The notes under the pieces were generated by a model. The model worked only from the letters and a program-made list of their open reading frames with translations. It searched no databases and was not told the origin of the DNA. Positions 29,218 through 42,085 of a stretch of DNA of 64,000 nt are shown piece by piece. Each line of letters opens with the position of its first letter. Positions within the stretch are counted from its first letter, which is position 1. The position numbers and the translations under genes were made by a program. Origin of the DNA: Paramecium tetraurelia (Eukaryota); NCBI GenBank assembly GCA_000165425.1, contig CT868241.1, positions 248,001-312,000 on the forward strand. The letters run 5' to 3'.

Positions 29218-30120
29218 TCATGGATATAGAGGTTTGTCTTCGCTGATATGAGAACTCGACATATCTGGGTGATGCACTTGGTACACCTATTCCTTAACTC
29301 TAAATTCAGATAGTACTATATTCATACCTTCCACTTGCAGCATCTCTTGCAGCCACTCGTTTCTTAGCCTCATTGATCTCACTCTAAGTAATGTTCGTAT
29401 ATCTCTCGTCAGCCCACATTGTATCAGGTCTCAAATTGTCTCTATGTCCATCAGCCCAGGTCTTATCTGAAACATCCTTTGCTGTTCTGCCCTACGAAGA
29501 ATATTTGCACTCTAATTATACCTTATTGTAGGGAGAAACCTCCAAAACCGAACGATATTGGAGTGTCTGGATGGCTTCAATTTTATCTAGTTACCTCTTT
29601 TTTTCCTTCAATCCTTCCAAAGCCCATTTGGGACAAATAGAAATGATGTTATCAGCTTCTTCTTGGCATTTAGTTACTCCATTTACATTTTAACATCTTT
29701 TGAAGGCATCAATTTATCTAACGCATCCTCTTGGAAGTGCTTAAGCTCTAATTGCTAGTGCTGTAAACATTGGTGCATCTCTATTGAATTTAGAATTAGT
29801 TATTACTTTCTTGTCTACCATCCGTGATTTCCAAAGTGTTATTCACTCAAAGGATCATAATGAGTTGGGAAAAACACACTCCAATTAACTCTGTTAGGAT
29901 ATGGATCAGGGAAGTAAAATCCATTGCCATTTCTTATACCCATACCCATTCTCTTTTGATTTGGGATTTATTGCATGGCAAATGGGTTATATGGTGCAAT
30001 AGCTCTTCTCCATTTAGATAAAGTGTTGTTCAGAAGATTCTTCTTGACATTCAAATAAGGATAATTGGTTTCATAATATTCGATATCCAATGGCTATCCA
30101 TCTGGGTTGTCACTTGACAT
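29218..30120 (-). CDS. Mitochondrial CX9C/CX10C protein, probable ciliate ATP synthase accessory subunit (ATPTT5-like)
   Basis: LPRGCVRQIDAFKRCQNVNGVTKCQEEADNIISICPKWAL, FPTHYDPL and LRPDTMWADERYTNITQ resemble, from memory, a Tetrahymena ATP synthase subunit. The subunit name needs BLAST confirmation. 3 introns. Confidence 0.7.
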
Positions 30121-30166
30121 GTATAAAGATTTAATTATTAATACAATTTAAAATTTAAAATAAAAA

Positions 30167-30513
30167 ATGTGCAAACATATTCTCAATGCCTAAGTTGCCA
30201 TCAGAGCCCAATGTTGCAAAAAGTATGATATTAATTATACATCTATAAGATGGTTTGATTGTGCTGACTGTCACTAAGAACTGGAAGATCATCCATTATT
30301 AAAAAATATTGAGATGGTTTTCGCTTGTAAGAAATGCAAGAAAGTTTTCCGCAAAGACATCACTGATTACGATGAATCAGATGAATATTGTCCACAGTAA
30401 AAATAAATCAATACCTTTATAGTTGTGATAATCATTATGTTATCAAAGCAGTTACATAAGAATCAAAAGAGATTCAGAAATTCGAGAATTTAGTTAAAGA
30501 AGTCAAATAATGA
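30167..30513 (+). CDS. Small CHY-type zinc finger protein
   Basis: MCKHILNAQVAIRAQCCKKWFDCADCH..DH..FACKKCKKVFRKD..DEYCPHCDNHY; 2 introns. Confidence 0.9.
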
Positions 30514-30738
30514 TTTAATATATGGTCATCTATTTATCTTAATTATTCAAATTTTTCAAGTCAAGTTTAAATTATCAATCAACATAATTATTCTATATTT
30601 ACAAACATCAATATTCATAAACTTCCACTACTTAGATTGTCTAATAAACTGATCAATTTTTATTATGTTCCATGATGTTACTAAAATATTTAATATAATA
30701 GTGTATAAGAATGTTCATGTAAAATATTAATATAAATC

Positions 30739-32523
30739 ATGGATGTTTATGTATGAATTGCAGATAGTGCTTAGAATGAGATATCTCAATTAATACTCTA
30801 GCAATATTTCTAAATTTAAGGTCGATTATTTTGAATAACAATAAAGTGCTATATATATGTTATAATTTTTATGTAAAATCCCAGGAGTTCTTCTACTTAT
30901 TCGATCAATATACCAAAAATGATTCCACTTTCCTAGGTGACCCTTTATTACTCCCTCTCTCGCTTCAAATTCCAATCTCCAGTCCGCACTTACCTGTAGT
31001 TTTAATTTGCATACTTTTAGCAAAACCAACGAAATCAAATAGAGACAATAGCTGCACTAAACTCTAACAAATAAACTTATGACTCAAGTAAGCAAAGGTA
31101 ACAATTCTCACTCCAAAACATTAACCAAATTGACAAGACGTACTTCATCATATGTAAATGATAAATATTAACAACTATGGGAATCGCTTAAATTTAAAAC
31201 TATTCACGAACCCTATGATGTGAACATGCTACAAGAGTTTTTTTATGATTTAGTCAAAGAAGAAAACTTCATCAACATTGATCGCTATGAATTCCCTGTA
31301 CATAATAAAGCTGATTTCACTCATTTTAAATCATATTTCATTACGGTTTTATTTCATGAACGAGACTTGAATAAATACTTATTTAAATTAGAATCAATAA
31401 GAATGTCTCATTTGCGATTGTTATCCATTAATTAAGAATTGAAAGGCTTTTTTGGGTTAAATCAAATCTTAAAATCTCTATTTGAGCATTTAAGAATGGA
31501 CATCACTTTAAAGAATTATGTCAGCGATTATGAGAGTGTTAAGGATATTTGGTTAGAGGTCTCAACTAATATATTGTAACCGTAGGATGACAATTAGAAA
31601 TTACATAAGTAGATTCGAAATTATGCAGAAACAAATAAACTTAATCATGTGCATTTCTTCAATTTTAAGTTTCTCCTGTATAAGGTATTGCTAAAGCATA
31701 AGATTTCAATGAGAGGGATCAAAAAGGTCTTGAAATTATTAGATAATTGGAAAAGCACTGTTATGAGATGCGAACGCATTATGGAATTGATTCTTTGCAA
31801 TTGTACTAAAATTGCTAAAAGCTTATAGATTAGTATCTAATGTACTGTATGGTAACTGACCAAAAGCATGAAACTATTCAAAGAAGAGCGATAGAACTTA
31901 TACTAGAATATTTATACGACAATGATCATAGATCAATTAAGAAATGTGATTTGCATTAATACCATTATGTTCACCAATCAATGCAAAAAGTGATATCCAG
32001 ATTAAACACATCTCAAATATTAATACAAGATTTCCATTAGGATCTTGATTCAATATTTGTATAGAAATTGCAAATTAAGAAGTAATCTTTAGTTGAGTTT
32101 GGAATATAATTGCAACAGATTCCCTTTTTTATGTAAATATACGATGTAAATTGTGTAAATGATATTTAGGATTATGAAGTAAATGCCCATCGTTTATTGG
32201 AAACCGAACTTGATTTCATGTTGAGTAATCGGACCTACTTTAGATAAAAAGAGATTGAATTGATTCATAAAAACATGAACATCTCGCATGAAGTCTTTGA
32301 TTTATACATCATGGTAGGATATTCACTATATTATTCAAGAGATTATAAGATACCCTCTATGGAGTACCAACGAAAGCCATAATAAACAGAATAAACTAGT
32401 ATCGAATGTGGGTTGTTAATGAAAAAATAAAAACGAATGAAATTTATTGATATTTATTAAAATTATGTTCCACTTGTTGCTTATTCTAGCTGTTGTTTAA
32501 GCAAGAAACAATTATTAAAATGA
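30739..32523 (+). CDS. Hypothetical protein (about 570 aa); 3' end uncertain
   Basis: Long code-6 frame with introns at 30751-30774 and about 31803-31828. The first in-frame TGA (32521-32523) overlaps the next locus. Confidence 0.55.
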
Positions 32524-33234
32524 TACAATCAGAATTCAAACTCCGGGTTGATATTGCTCTCTAATGTGAACAATACAAAAACATTTTTTATTCTTGTTTT
32601 ATCACATCATCAGCTTATCCGACATATAATGATGATGTTGTTATGAATTAAACGAATTCGATCATAGAAGCATATTAAACAATTGAATCCCCAGAAGTTA
32701 GATATGAAATTCAAATGAAAGCTAGTAAGAGAATCAAAATTGATGCCATTCAATATTGCATCCTTCAACAAACAGGTTTGACAGCTTAATAAGTATTTAG
32801 ATGATTTTAGATGTATGATGAGTCAGAAGTGGGATAATTCAATGTTACTTAATATTATTATTTGATGAATGACTTTGATTTTTCATAATATTAAAATCAA
32901 TCTGCCAAAATTACCTTTGATGAAGCTGAAGAATCAGTTTGGAGAATCATGGAAGTATTTCATTGATTTATTTTAAGATTTCTAAGCAAAATGGTGGGAA
33001 ATTATTGGCTCTTCTTAATACCCTGATTATTTGGAGTTTCCATACGAACCTAAAGTCTTTGGTCAATCAATAGACAAATAATCAAATCTTTCGAAATTGA
33101 AATTTGCTTCAGTGCTTTTAGCATTTTTTGTGATCATGATTAAAGATACTATGAATATAATCATCATACGATAAAGGATAGCCATAAGAAAGTTGAATAA
33201 AAAGAAAGAAAAGAAATCTAAAAAGCAGAAATGA
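32465..33234 (+). pseudogene. Disrupted type-I membrane protein gene (signal peptide, TM segment, KKxx tail)
   Basis: MFHLLLILAVVQA.. hits TGA at 32549 and the body continues in another frame. The TM plus KKSKKQK tail needs an acceptor at tttaa|gat (AA, not AG), and the first intron is only 18 nt. Confidence 0.55.
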
Positions 33235-33261
33235 AATATATTATTTTTAATAAATTATCAA

Positions 33262-34061
33262 ATGTCTATTTGTGAAATCTGTTTTATAAGAGACAAACTT
33301 ATTATTTGGTATTCATTTTCAACTCAAAATTAGTCCTAAATGCTCTAGAAATGTTTGTTCATTGTGCAGTAAATTGTCAGATTGTGATCTTTGCATTCTA
33401 ATTGAAATGAAATTTGCATTTGTAATATCAACCACAAATATTAGCTATATCAACAACATAAATCACAAACTGAAGAGCAAGCATATCAATTATAATAAAT
33501 TAATGAGAAGATAAACACTCTTAACCAAGAAATTTCCTTAATTTAAAAGGTAAGCTCACATCTAGATAAACATGAAAATAAAAAAAGTGATTCCCTAGAG
33601 TTTTAAATGAGTGAAACAATCATTGATAAACAACATGAGCTTGAAGATATTGAAGGTGAAATTGAAAACTAAAAAGTAAAGTAGATTGATTTTAGTATGA
33701 TTTTAGTTGATGAGGGCAATGAAGAATTAAATGCATTAAAAAGTTAGCAATTAAAATTATCCACACAAAATAAGGAGTTGGACTTAAAAATCAATGAAGC
33801 AGAGAAAGAATATGAGGTGCTTCAAGAAACTCTGAATTTAAAGAAATAACAAATATATTAGATCTTATAAACTCTGAAAAATAAGACTAGTTTATTAAGA
33901 GGAAGCTAAGAAGAAAAACATTATTCTTAAAGCAATTTAGCACTAACTCTTCCTGGGAAGTAACAAAAGGCTATTTCAGGAGAAGAAAAATCATAAAATC
34001 CAGGGTAATGCAATTATTAGATCTATATAGATTATGTGCCGGATAGTGTGTGGTATAATGA
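33262..34061 (+). CDS. Cys-rich (FYVE/RING-like) finger, coiled coil and CaaX protein
   Basis: MSICEICF..ICPKCSRNVCSLC..CDLC, heptad-rich middle, C-terminus GLCAGQCVVQ-TGA; 3 introns. Confidence 0.7.
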
Positions 34062-34094
34062 ATTTAAATTAATTTATAATTTGATAATTTTTAC

Positions 34095-35865
34095 TCACTT
34101 TTTCTTTGTCTTAGAAGTGGTTGAATTAGTTGATTTGTTAATCGAAATCGATTGTTGTGGTGATTAAGCCATCGTAGGCATTTTTTCATTGACAATATCT
34201 GCATTTTTAGCAACATTAAAGTCAGCCAGAGCTAAATATTAGATTTCCCAAATTACCATCCATTATAGCTGATTTGCCAGCTGTCAAAACTCCTCTCGGC
34301 AATCTTTTATCAGGACATGCTCCTTTAAGTTAAATTATGCTTTCGCTTTATTCTCTCAAAGTCTTTTGCATTTTTATCATATTAGCTACAAAAAGGATTT
34401 TCTTCTTCAATTTTTCTGTATCTTTTCAAATGAATATTAGAATTATTACTTTTGGCATTATTGGATCCAGTGGTGCTTTGCTTGTCAAATTACTTATTTT
34501 ATTAAGTCAATTCCTTAAACTGCTTGATATCTTCCTCATTAACTTCCTCATCATCAACTTGATCTCCAACTTATAGCAAATTGTAAAGCATTTCAGTTAC
34601 TTTTTCGGCTACAAACGGAATAGACCATGTAAATATATCCATGAAGTTTGGCAATAAATATGGATGAGGTGTATATTAAAACTATTAAATATTCAGAGTA
34701 TTATTCTTGTAATTAATAAATTAATGCAATTACTTCAAATTTAATTACAGCACCCTTATTATTGTAAACATCACAGTAATTAGGTGCACTGAAAATAGTA
34801 ATGACAACAGGAAAATCTTTCCCTCCATGCCATCTATGCATTTTATATCCATCTAATTGAGCCTAATATAATTATATTGGCTTAACCTCATGAGCACGAA
34901 TGATAGATATCAGATTGTTCTTCTGTAAGAATTTGGAAGCTGCATCGTTTCCAAAAAACCAACTGCATCCTCTCACCTCATTTCCTTTCCATTAACCATC
35001 CATATTTCCTTAATCTTAATCTACTGGGTCGCTCCATAATAGATCACAAAACAATCCGCTTCGAGGTGGCTCATGATAGCGATCCAATTTCTTAATATCT
35101 TCTAACTAAAATGAAGGTCATCATGTACAGATTTTAAATCAGGAGATATTCCTCCATGAATTGCTATAAATTTTGAGTTGATTATGCAAGCTAAAGGAAA
35201 CAAATCAAATGAATCCATCAACATATCGTAGGTTTCTTAATCATACTTGTAAAGACCTTTGTAAATCATTCTAAGTACATTCATCTTTAAAATTAAAGAA
35301 TGCTGTCAGCTATCTACATTCGTGGTTTCCCCTCAAAAAATATACAGTATTTGGATAATTCAGTTTTATTGCATAAAGCAGAATTATTACTTCTATAGAA
35401 TAAGATCCCCTATCAACAAAGTCTCCAAGAAACAGATATCTACACTCAATCAATTAAACTTACTTAGTTGTCTCTGGATTCCCTCCTACCTTAGGCTCCA
35501 AGAGTTTTAACAAATCATAGTATTATCTAATCATCTCTTTATTCATACCCATGAATGTCTCCTACTACTGTAAGTGGATCTTGCAAATATATTACGTTCC
35601 CTTCATTCTCTACAGATCACTAACTTTTATACTTAATAATTTATTGCAATCTCCAACTAACTTGTAAAGGTCTTCTTTAGAAACTCTTCCTTCTTTCTAA
35701 AGATGATCCTTAAGCAATTTCCAATCAGGTTTGTCTTTTCATATCAAATTTTTACGTACTTTTCAATTTGTCTGGGAACATGAGACTCTTCATTAATGGC
35801 CTATGAGGAGGAGGCTTTAGAGTCTTTACATGTCTGTCATTCGCTGGGTCTTTCAGAGTGTCCAT
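34095..35865 (-). CDS. CNA: Calcineurin A (PP2B catalytic subunit)
   Basis: [87 protein letters not shown] (CNB-binding), CaM-binding helix and autoinhibitory D..NEKMP. Confidence 0.96.
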
Positions 35866-36652
35866 TTTATTAGTATTAATTTCTGAAATTAAATAAAAAT
35901 CTATACCTTCAGAAATTGCTAACGTAGCTATAGTTTATTTGAATAATTACTAAGTAAGTTTTAAAATTTAAATCTCATAAAATCTAAAATCTGAATTTCA
36001 AATTGATATATTCATCTATAGAGTAAAATTCATAACTTCAATATGAGCTTTGCGATGTAATAATGTTATAATTGTTTTTAAATGGATATAATTAGCTTCA
36101 TTATCCATTTAAATATATTGCATCTTAAGGAAAAAGATAAATTTAGCTCTATTTAGCCAAACATTATTTCTTAAACTAAGAAATAATTGATATTGATATA
36201 TATATTCATTGACTCATAAGATTAATTATTTAAGACTAAAATAATTGATAATTATTTGTAAAATAAACTGAAATATCTGTTAAAGTATAATTTGATGCTT
36301 CCTATTTAATCTCTTTCAGAGTTTATTTAATGATTTATTTCAATTTCATTTAACAAATGTAAATTTTTGAAATCATGAAATGATTTTTTATTTTATAAAA
36401 TACTGTAATTATGTATGATTTATCAATTTTCAGAAAAATAAAATAACATAAAAAATTCATATAGATTAAATTTCAATTAGAAGTAAAAATAGATTAAAAG
36501 TTACTTAATCTAAAGAATCTGATAAAGATTAAATAATTAATTGATAAGGATAAAGTTATTTAAATTTTTTAGTCCAATTATAATAGAATTATATTAGATT
36601 TTAAAATTTTAGATGAGTTAATTTTATATATTTTAACCCTATAATATAATAA

Positions 36653-37992
36653 TCATGAGGAGCTATCTGAGTCGCTTGAAGAACTACTTGAAGAAGTCTT
36701 CTTCTAGTTTTAATTAGGCTATTTTTTATCATCTGATTGTGAAGAAGAAGAGGAACCACTACTGCTGCTACTACTAGAGCTTCCACTAGAAGATGAGGAG
36801 GATGAAGAATCAGACGATGAACTTGAAGTGCTTTCTTTCCTATTTTATTTTCTTTTCTATATTGATATATCTATATTTTACAGGAGTTTTTGATCTTTTG
36901 CTATATCTTCTTTTTGAATGTCTCTTTCTAGAGCTTGATCTTTTGTGATGTCTATCTGATGATCTTTTTCTTGATGTAGAATGCTATTTCTTCTTTTTTT
37001 CTCTTTCAATCCTTTCTTACTTTTCCTTTTCCTTTTCCTTTTCTCTCTTCTATTTTTGTTTTTACTTTTCTCTTTATTTTTCTCTCTCCCTTTCTTTTTC
37101 TTTCTCTCTTTCTCTTTCTTTTTCTTTTTCTCTCTCCTTCTCTTTTTCTCTTTCCCTCTCTTTTTCCCTTTCCCTCTCTCTTTCTCGTTCTTTCTCCTTT
37201 TCTCTTTCCTTCTCTCTTTCCCTTTCTCTCTCCCTTTCTCTTTCCTTTTCCCTCTCTTTTTCTTTTCTCTCCTTCTCTCTTTCTTTTTCTTTCTCTTTTT
37301 CCTTCAATTTTTATTATTCTTGTTACTAATCTGAATCTTTCTTTTGTAATTCTTTATCTCTATCTTTATCTCTATCTTTCTCTTTATCTTTATCCTTATC
37401 TAAATCTTTATTTTCATTCTTTTATTTATCTTCTCTGTATTTAGCTCTTGCATATTCTTCCTTTTACTTTAATTCCTTTTCCTTTTTGATTTCTCTTTAC
37501 CTAAGCTTATCTAACCTCTCATTTTTAATTTTCTCAGTATAATGTCTACTTTAAAATGATAAATTACTTTTATCTATCTAATCCAAGACTTTAACATTTA
37601 ATCTTCTTTCCATCTATAATAGCTCTATGCATATATTAAGTGGCTTGTGAAGCATCGCCCTCATCATTATAAGTAATAAAAGCAAATAAAAGTGGAAGCA
37701 TATTATTTTATTCATCAAACTACATCTCCACATTAGTTAACTTCCCATAAGTGGAGAAAATTTCGTGCAGAACATCTTGAGTGACATTTCTTGAAATATT
37801 CTAAACAAGCAAAAGATTCTTAACTTTCTTCTCCTTAGTCTTCTCTTTATTTTTTTTTTCTTTTGATTTTTCTTTTGATCTTTCTCTTGACTTTTAACTT
37901 CTAGATTTTTTTTAATTTAAATCTTTCACTCTCTTTTTCTCTTCACTCGAAGAAGATGACCCTGATGAAGACGAGGAATGAGATTTCGGCAT
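36653..37992 (-). CDS. RRM protein with KE/RE repeats and Ser-rich termini (RNPS1/SR45-like RRM)
   Basis: LLVQNISRNVTQDVLHEIFSTYGKL..FAFITY..DASQATQYMHRAIIDGKKINV; long (K/R)E tract; poly-Ser at both ends. Confidence 0.75.
37020..37310 (-). repeat. Low-complexity purine hexamer repeat encoding (R/K)E dipeptides
   Basis: Almost pure CT on the plus strand; translates as EKEREREREKE.. inside the RRM gene. Confidence 0.9.
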
Positions 37993-38454
37993 AACAATAT
38001 TTAATATTAATATAATAAATTAAATCAATATTAAAATTTAAAACACTTCTAGGAAAGACTAAGATCAGGATAAGAGTTAAGAGTATAATTTTGAGTATGA
38101 AATTCGATATTTTTTAACATATTTTATTTTATTGGAAAGAGCAAGCATCCTTTTTGTATCTCTATTTTTTTATATTTGTAGTGGTTCGATTAAGTTATAT
38201 TAAGGGTAATTGAAAGGAAATAATAAAATATAGTTTCTGGAGAGCAGAGTGTGATTTATAACTTGCAATGACTAGTTATTTGTATTTGAAAGCAATGACA
38301 ATCAACTTAAATGATATTTAGTAAATAATTAATTAATAAATGATTTGTGATGTTCTAAAATCCTAATAATAAAGTGATTCATGAACTCAAGATGGAAAAG
38401 TCTTTATAAATGTGAGGATTCGTCTTTTTCTCCATAAATAAATATCTCTTAATT

Positions 38455-39632
38455 ATGCAACAATTGCCAGCTCATAAAGTTTACGAAGTTTAAGAAAGTA
38501 AGGAAACAGCAGATGCTGTTGCCTATGCATTCCTATCAAACACTGGTGAGCCTGTGCCATACCCATATAAATACACTAAAATTGCAGACGATGATGTCAG
38601 AATTAGAATTTTATTTACTGGATTGTGTCATAGTGATTGTCTTCATTCAAGAGGATTGTGGGATCCATACATGTATATTTAATTTCTAAAGTTTAGTACA
38701 TACCCAAGTTGCCCAGGACATGAAGTGGTCGGATCTGTAGAAAAAGTTGGAACAGGAGTCACAAAATTCAAAGTGGGTGATAAAGTTGGATGCAATCCAT
38801 AAAGATGGATGTGTTAAACCTGTGAGCAATGCAAGAAAGGAGATAATTAATTATGTTCATAAAACATTGGTTTATATGATGATAACAATTTCGGTGGATA
38901 TTCAACTCACATCTAAGTTGCTGAAAGAATGGTCTTCAGAATTCCAGAGGGTAATATAAAATATCATTCTTTAGGATTCAATGATGCTTTGGGTTCTCCC
39001 TTATTATGTGCTGGTGTTACAGTTTATGCTCCATTAAAAAGATTTTACAAACCTAATTATACATGTGCCGTCATTGGTATTGGTGGATTGGGACATTTGG
39101 CTGTTTAATATGCAGCTAAATTAGGTATGACTGTCACAGCCTTTACAACAAGCAAAAACAGAGAATAAGAAATTAAGAAATTAGGCGCTTCAAATTTATC
39201 CAGTTCAATTGATAAAGAAAGTTTGAAAACAGAATAAGGAAAATATGATATTGTCATCAACACCCTTTACATTGAAGATGAAGAAGTCTTCAAAAGCCAT
39301 CAAAGATTAACTGCCCCAACCGGTACCTACATCTAAGTTGGAGCTCCCCCTTCAAAAGTTAACTTCAAATTAGATCATGCTTATATCATCTTAAATTAAA
39401 TCAGAGTTGCTGGTTCCTTGATTGGTAGTTATGATGAAACATAAGTATTTTTTATTATAAAGTCTAGGAAATGCTTGAATTTTCAGCCTAAAATAATGTT
39501 TATCCAATTGTAGAGACTTTTGAATTCGAAGAATTTCCAAAGGCTTTTGATAGAATGGAAAAAGGCCAAGCCAAATTCAGATGTGTAGTAAATGTTGGAA
39601 AATGGGCTTAAGCTAATGGTTTATGGAAATGA
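38455..39632 (+). CDS. Zn-dependent NADP alcohol dehydrogenase (cinnamyl-ADH/YahK-like)
   Basis: GLCHSD, PGHEVVG, CQTCEQC..C structural Zn site, [34 protein letters not shown]; 3 introns. Confidence 0.94.
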
Positions 39633-41090
39633 GTTTAAATCAATTATAACAACAATATGCAAATTAGATACAACTTTTAATATTATATACATAGTAAACT
39701 CTGGTTCAAAAAATACCATATATTTATTCATGAAATCATTTCTATATATGGATGACAATTGTTCTATAAATTTAAATTTTCTCACTTTAATAAGTATTAT
39801 ACCTTAGAGGAAAAAATTTAAAAAAAATTATTTTAACTAAAAAATGAACTTCATATATTTTTTTCTATTCTTACTCGTTGAGTAGAAGATTCAATTAATT
39901 TAATATTATTCTATTGAGTTTGTTCGCTTATCTGTGATAATTTTACAATTATTTTTGAGCTTTTAAATCATCACCTGTTGCCAATTATTAATTCCCATTT
40001 TTTGCGCTTCTCCAAAAATGCCAATTTGTGCTCGAACGCAAATTACGTAGCCTCTTGTTTACTTACTCTTTATTATTCTTATAGGTTATATATGGTTTGA
40101 ATAATAAATCTTGTATGGCTAAATAATAAAAAAATTACAAAATTATAATTGCTTTAAAGATTGATAGAATAGAAGGGAAGAAAGAACATAATATTTACGA
40201 CAAAAATAAATTATCTGAAAGAGTACTAATGTTGAGTGAAATAGATTTTTATAATATCATCTTAATGTTCAAATTGAAATAAAGCATCTTTTTCTATTTT
40301 TTTTAAAAATGAAAAATATCTATATTGTAATTTATTTAAATTCCTAATAATATAATGGTAAAGATTTGAAACTATACGTTTTTGCTCTTTTTTGGGTAGC
40401 AATTTTGTAGCTTTATATCATTTTTCTTTTAGTTAAGCATAATAATCCATTTCCAAGTAGTTCCTTCATTGATTAGGATTTAAATCAAGTAATATATTTT
40501 AAGTATAAAATTGTATATCTTCAAAAAAAATTCCATCCTTATTATTTATCAACTTTGTTAAAATTCATCCAGAGAAATTTTGGATAATGTTGGAAAAATA
40601 TCTAATCCATAAGATAGTTTACTAGAAAGGTAGATTTCTTTTAGCACTAAAAAATATGTAGAATTTAAAAGTAAGTTAACATGTAGATTTATAGGAGCTT
40701 AATTTCATTTTTTAAAGATATTCCTTTTTTTAATAATTTCTATATTATGCTGAATTTTTAACATTTTGATTTTATCTATTAATAGATACATACAGAGTTG
40801 AATTCATTGTATGAAAACTTGAGTTTAAAGTTCGAATATTACTTTTAAAGTATGTAATCTCATCTTTCAAAATGATAAATATAGTGCTTAATATGATTTA
40901 GGAATATTAGAATGTATTTCTAAGAGTAAGCAATCTTTCTCATCCTAAATGTTATTTATTTTTAATGTTTTAGTTGACATAAATATTCATAGAAAATTGA
41001 CAAATAATAATTGTTTAGGATTTTATATATTTTACATATATTTATTAAAATGTTCAATATAAATATTATTACTAGATTTAATACAATTTA

Positions 41091-42085
41091 ATGGTTGATT
41101 GCAATATTTGCTACTGTAATTATAAAGAAGAAGAATGCTACACACTTCCAAATTGTCTTCATCAATTTTGCAAAAGCTGTCTATCTGAATAACTAAAAAC
41201 AAAAATATAATCTCAATAAATAGATTTATCTGATTTTAAGTGTCCCTAATGTGGTCGACTATTTAATCCTGAGATTATTGAGCATTTCCTATCACCAGAA
41301 CTATATAAAAAGTATTGTGATTATGCATTTCAATTTAATAAAATAATGGGATTAGAGGATAATGAATTACTCACAAATTGTTTAAATGAAAAATGTATTG
41401 AAAAGTTTATAATATGGAAAGATGCAGGTGTATTAACTTAACATAATTGTAGAATATATGTAATGTCCCTCATGTAAAATGAAATTTTGTAGAAAATGTT
41501 AACTTGAATATCATGCAGATAAGGGAATTTCATGCGAATAATAAAAAGAACTACATAAAGATTAGTTTTATATTGAAATGAAGAAAAATTTAAAAATATG
41601 TCGATGTCCAAAGTGCAATAACATGTGTGAAAAGATTTCTGGATGTAATTTTATGTATTGCAGATGCAAGACAAACTTTTGTTTTCTTTGTGATGTCGAG
41701 CTAACAGAAGCAGTAATAATTAACTTTATAAAAGTACCATTCATCACATTTTTAAAAAAATGATCCATATAATAGCCCTTGCAGAGTTTGGTATAATGGA
41801 ACTTGGGTGGATCCAGATAAAGTTCCAAAAGTTGAACCTGTGAAAGAAGAAGCTAAAGTTGTTTAAGTTATCCCAGTTGAAGAAAAAGAAAACAAATTTC
41901 CTTGTCCAAACTGTGGTAGTAAAAATAAAGACGTGAGTCAACTTTAATTTTTCGATAAGGTTGTGTAATGTTAAAGTGTCAAATGTTAAAATTCAACATT
42001 TTGTATCTCTTGTTAGAAATCAGTGTCTAATAATGATATAATAGGTCATTTTAATCAATAGACATTATTATGCAAATTTAAATGA
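41091..42085 (+). CDS. RBR (RING1-IBR-Rcat) E3 ubiquitin ligase, copy 1, with an extra C-terminal Cys domain
   Basis: CNIC..CLHQFCKSC..CPQC; CLNEKC..CPSC..FCRKC..H..C; CPKC..EKISGCNFMYCRCKTNFCFLC; 2 introns. Confidence 0.92.

Noticed and set aside
35870..36650. 780-bp AT-rich gap upstream of calcineurin A as a possible germline/IES or mobile remnant
   Set aside because: No terminal inverted repeats or transposase similarity; compatible with ordinary upstream sequence.
36981..37334. 117-aa F/L/S-rich ORF on the plus strand resembling a membrane protein
   Set aside because: It is the antisense shadow of the (R/K)E repeat in the minus-strand RRM gene.
38455..39632. Bacterial-like alcohol dehydrogenase as a recent horizontal transfer or contaminant
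   Set aside because: It has three native tiny introns and TAA-Gln codons, and the family is widespread in eukaryotes. An ancient origin cannot be judged without a phylogeny.
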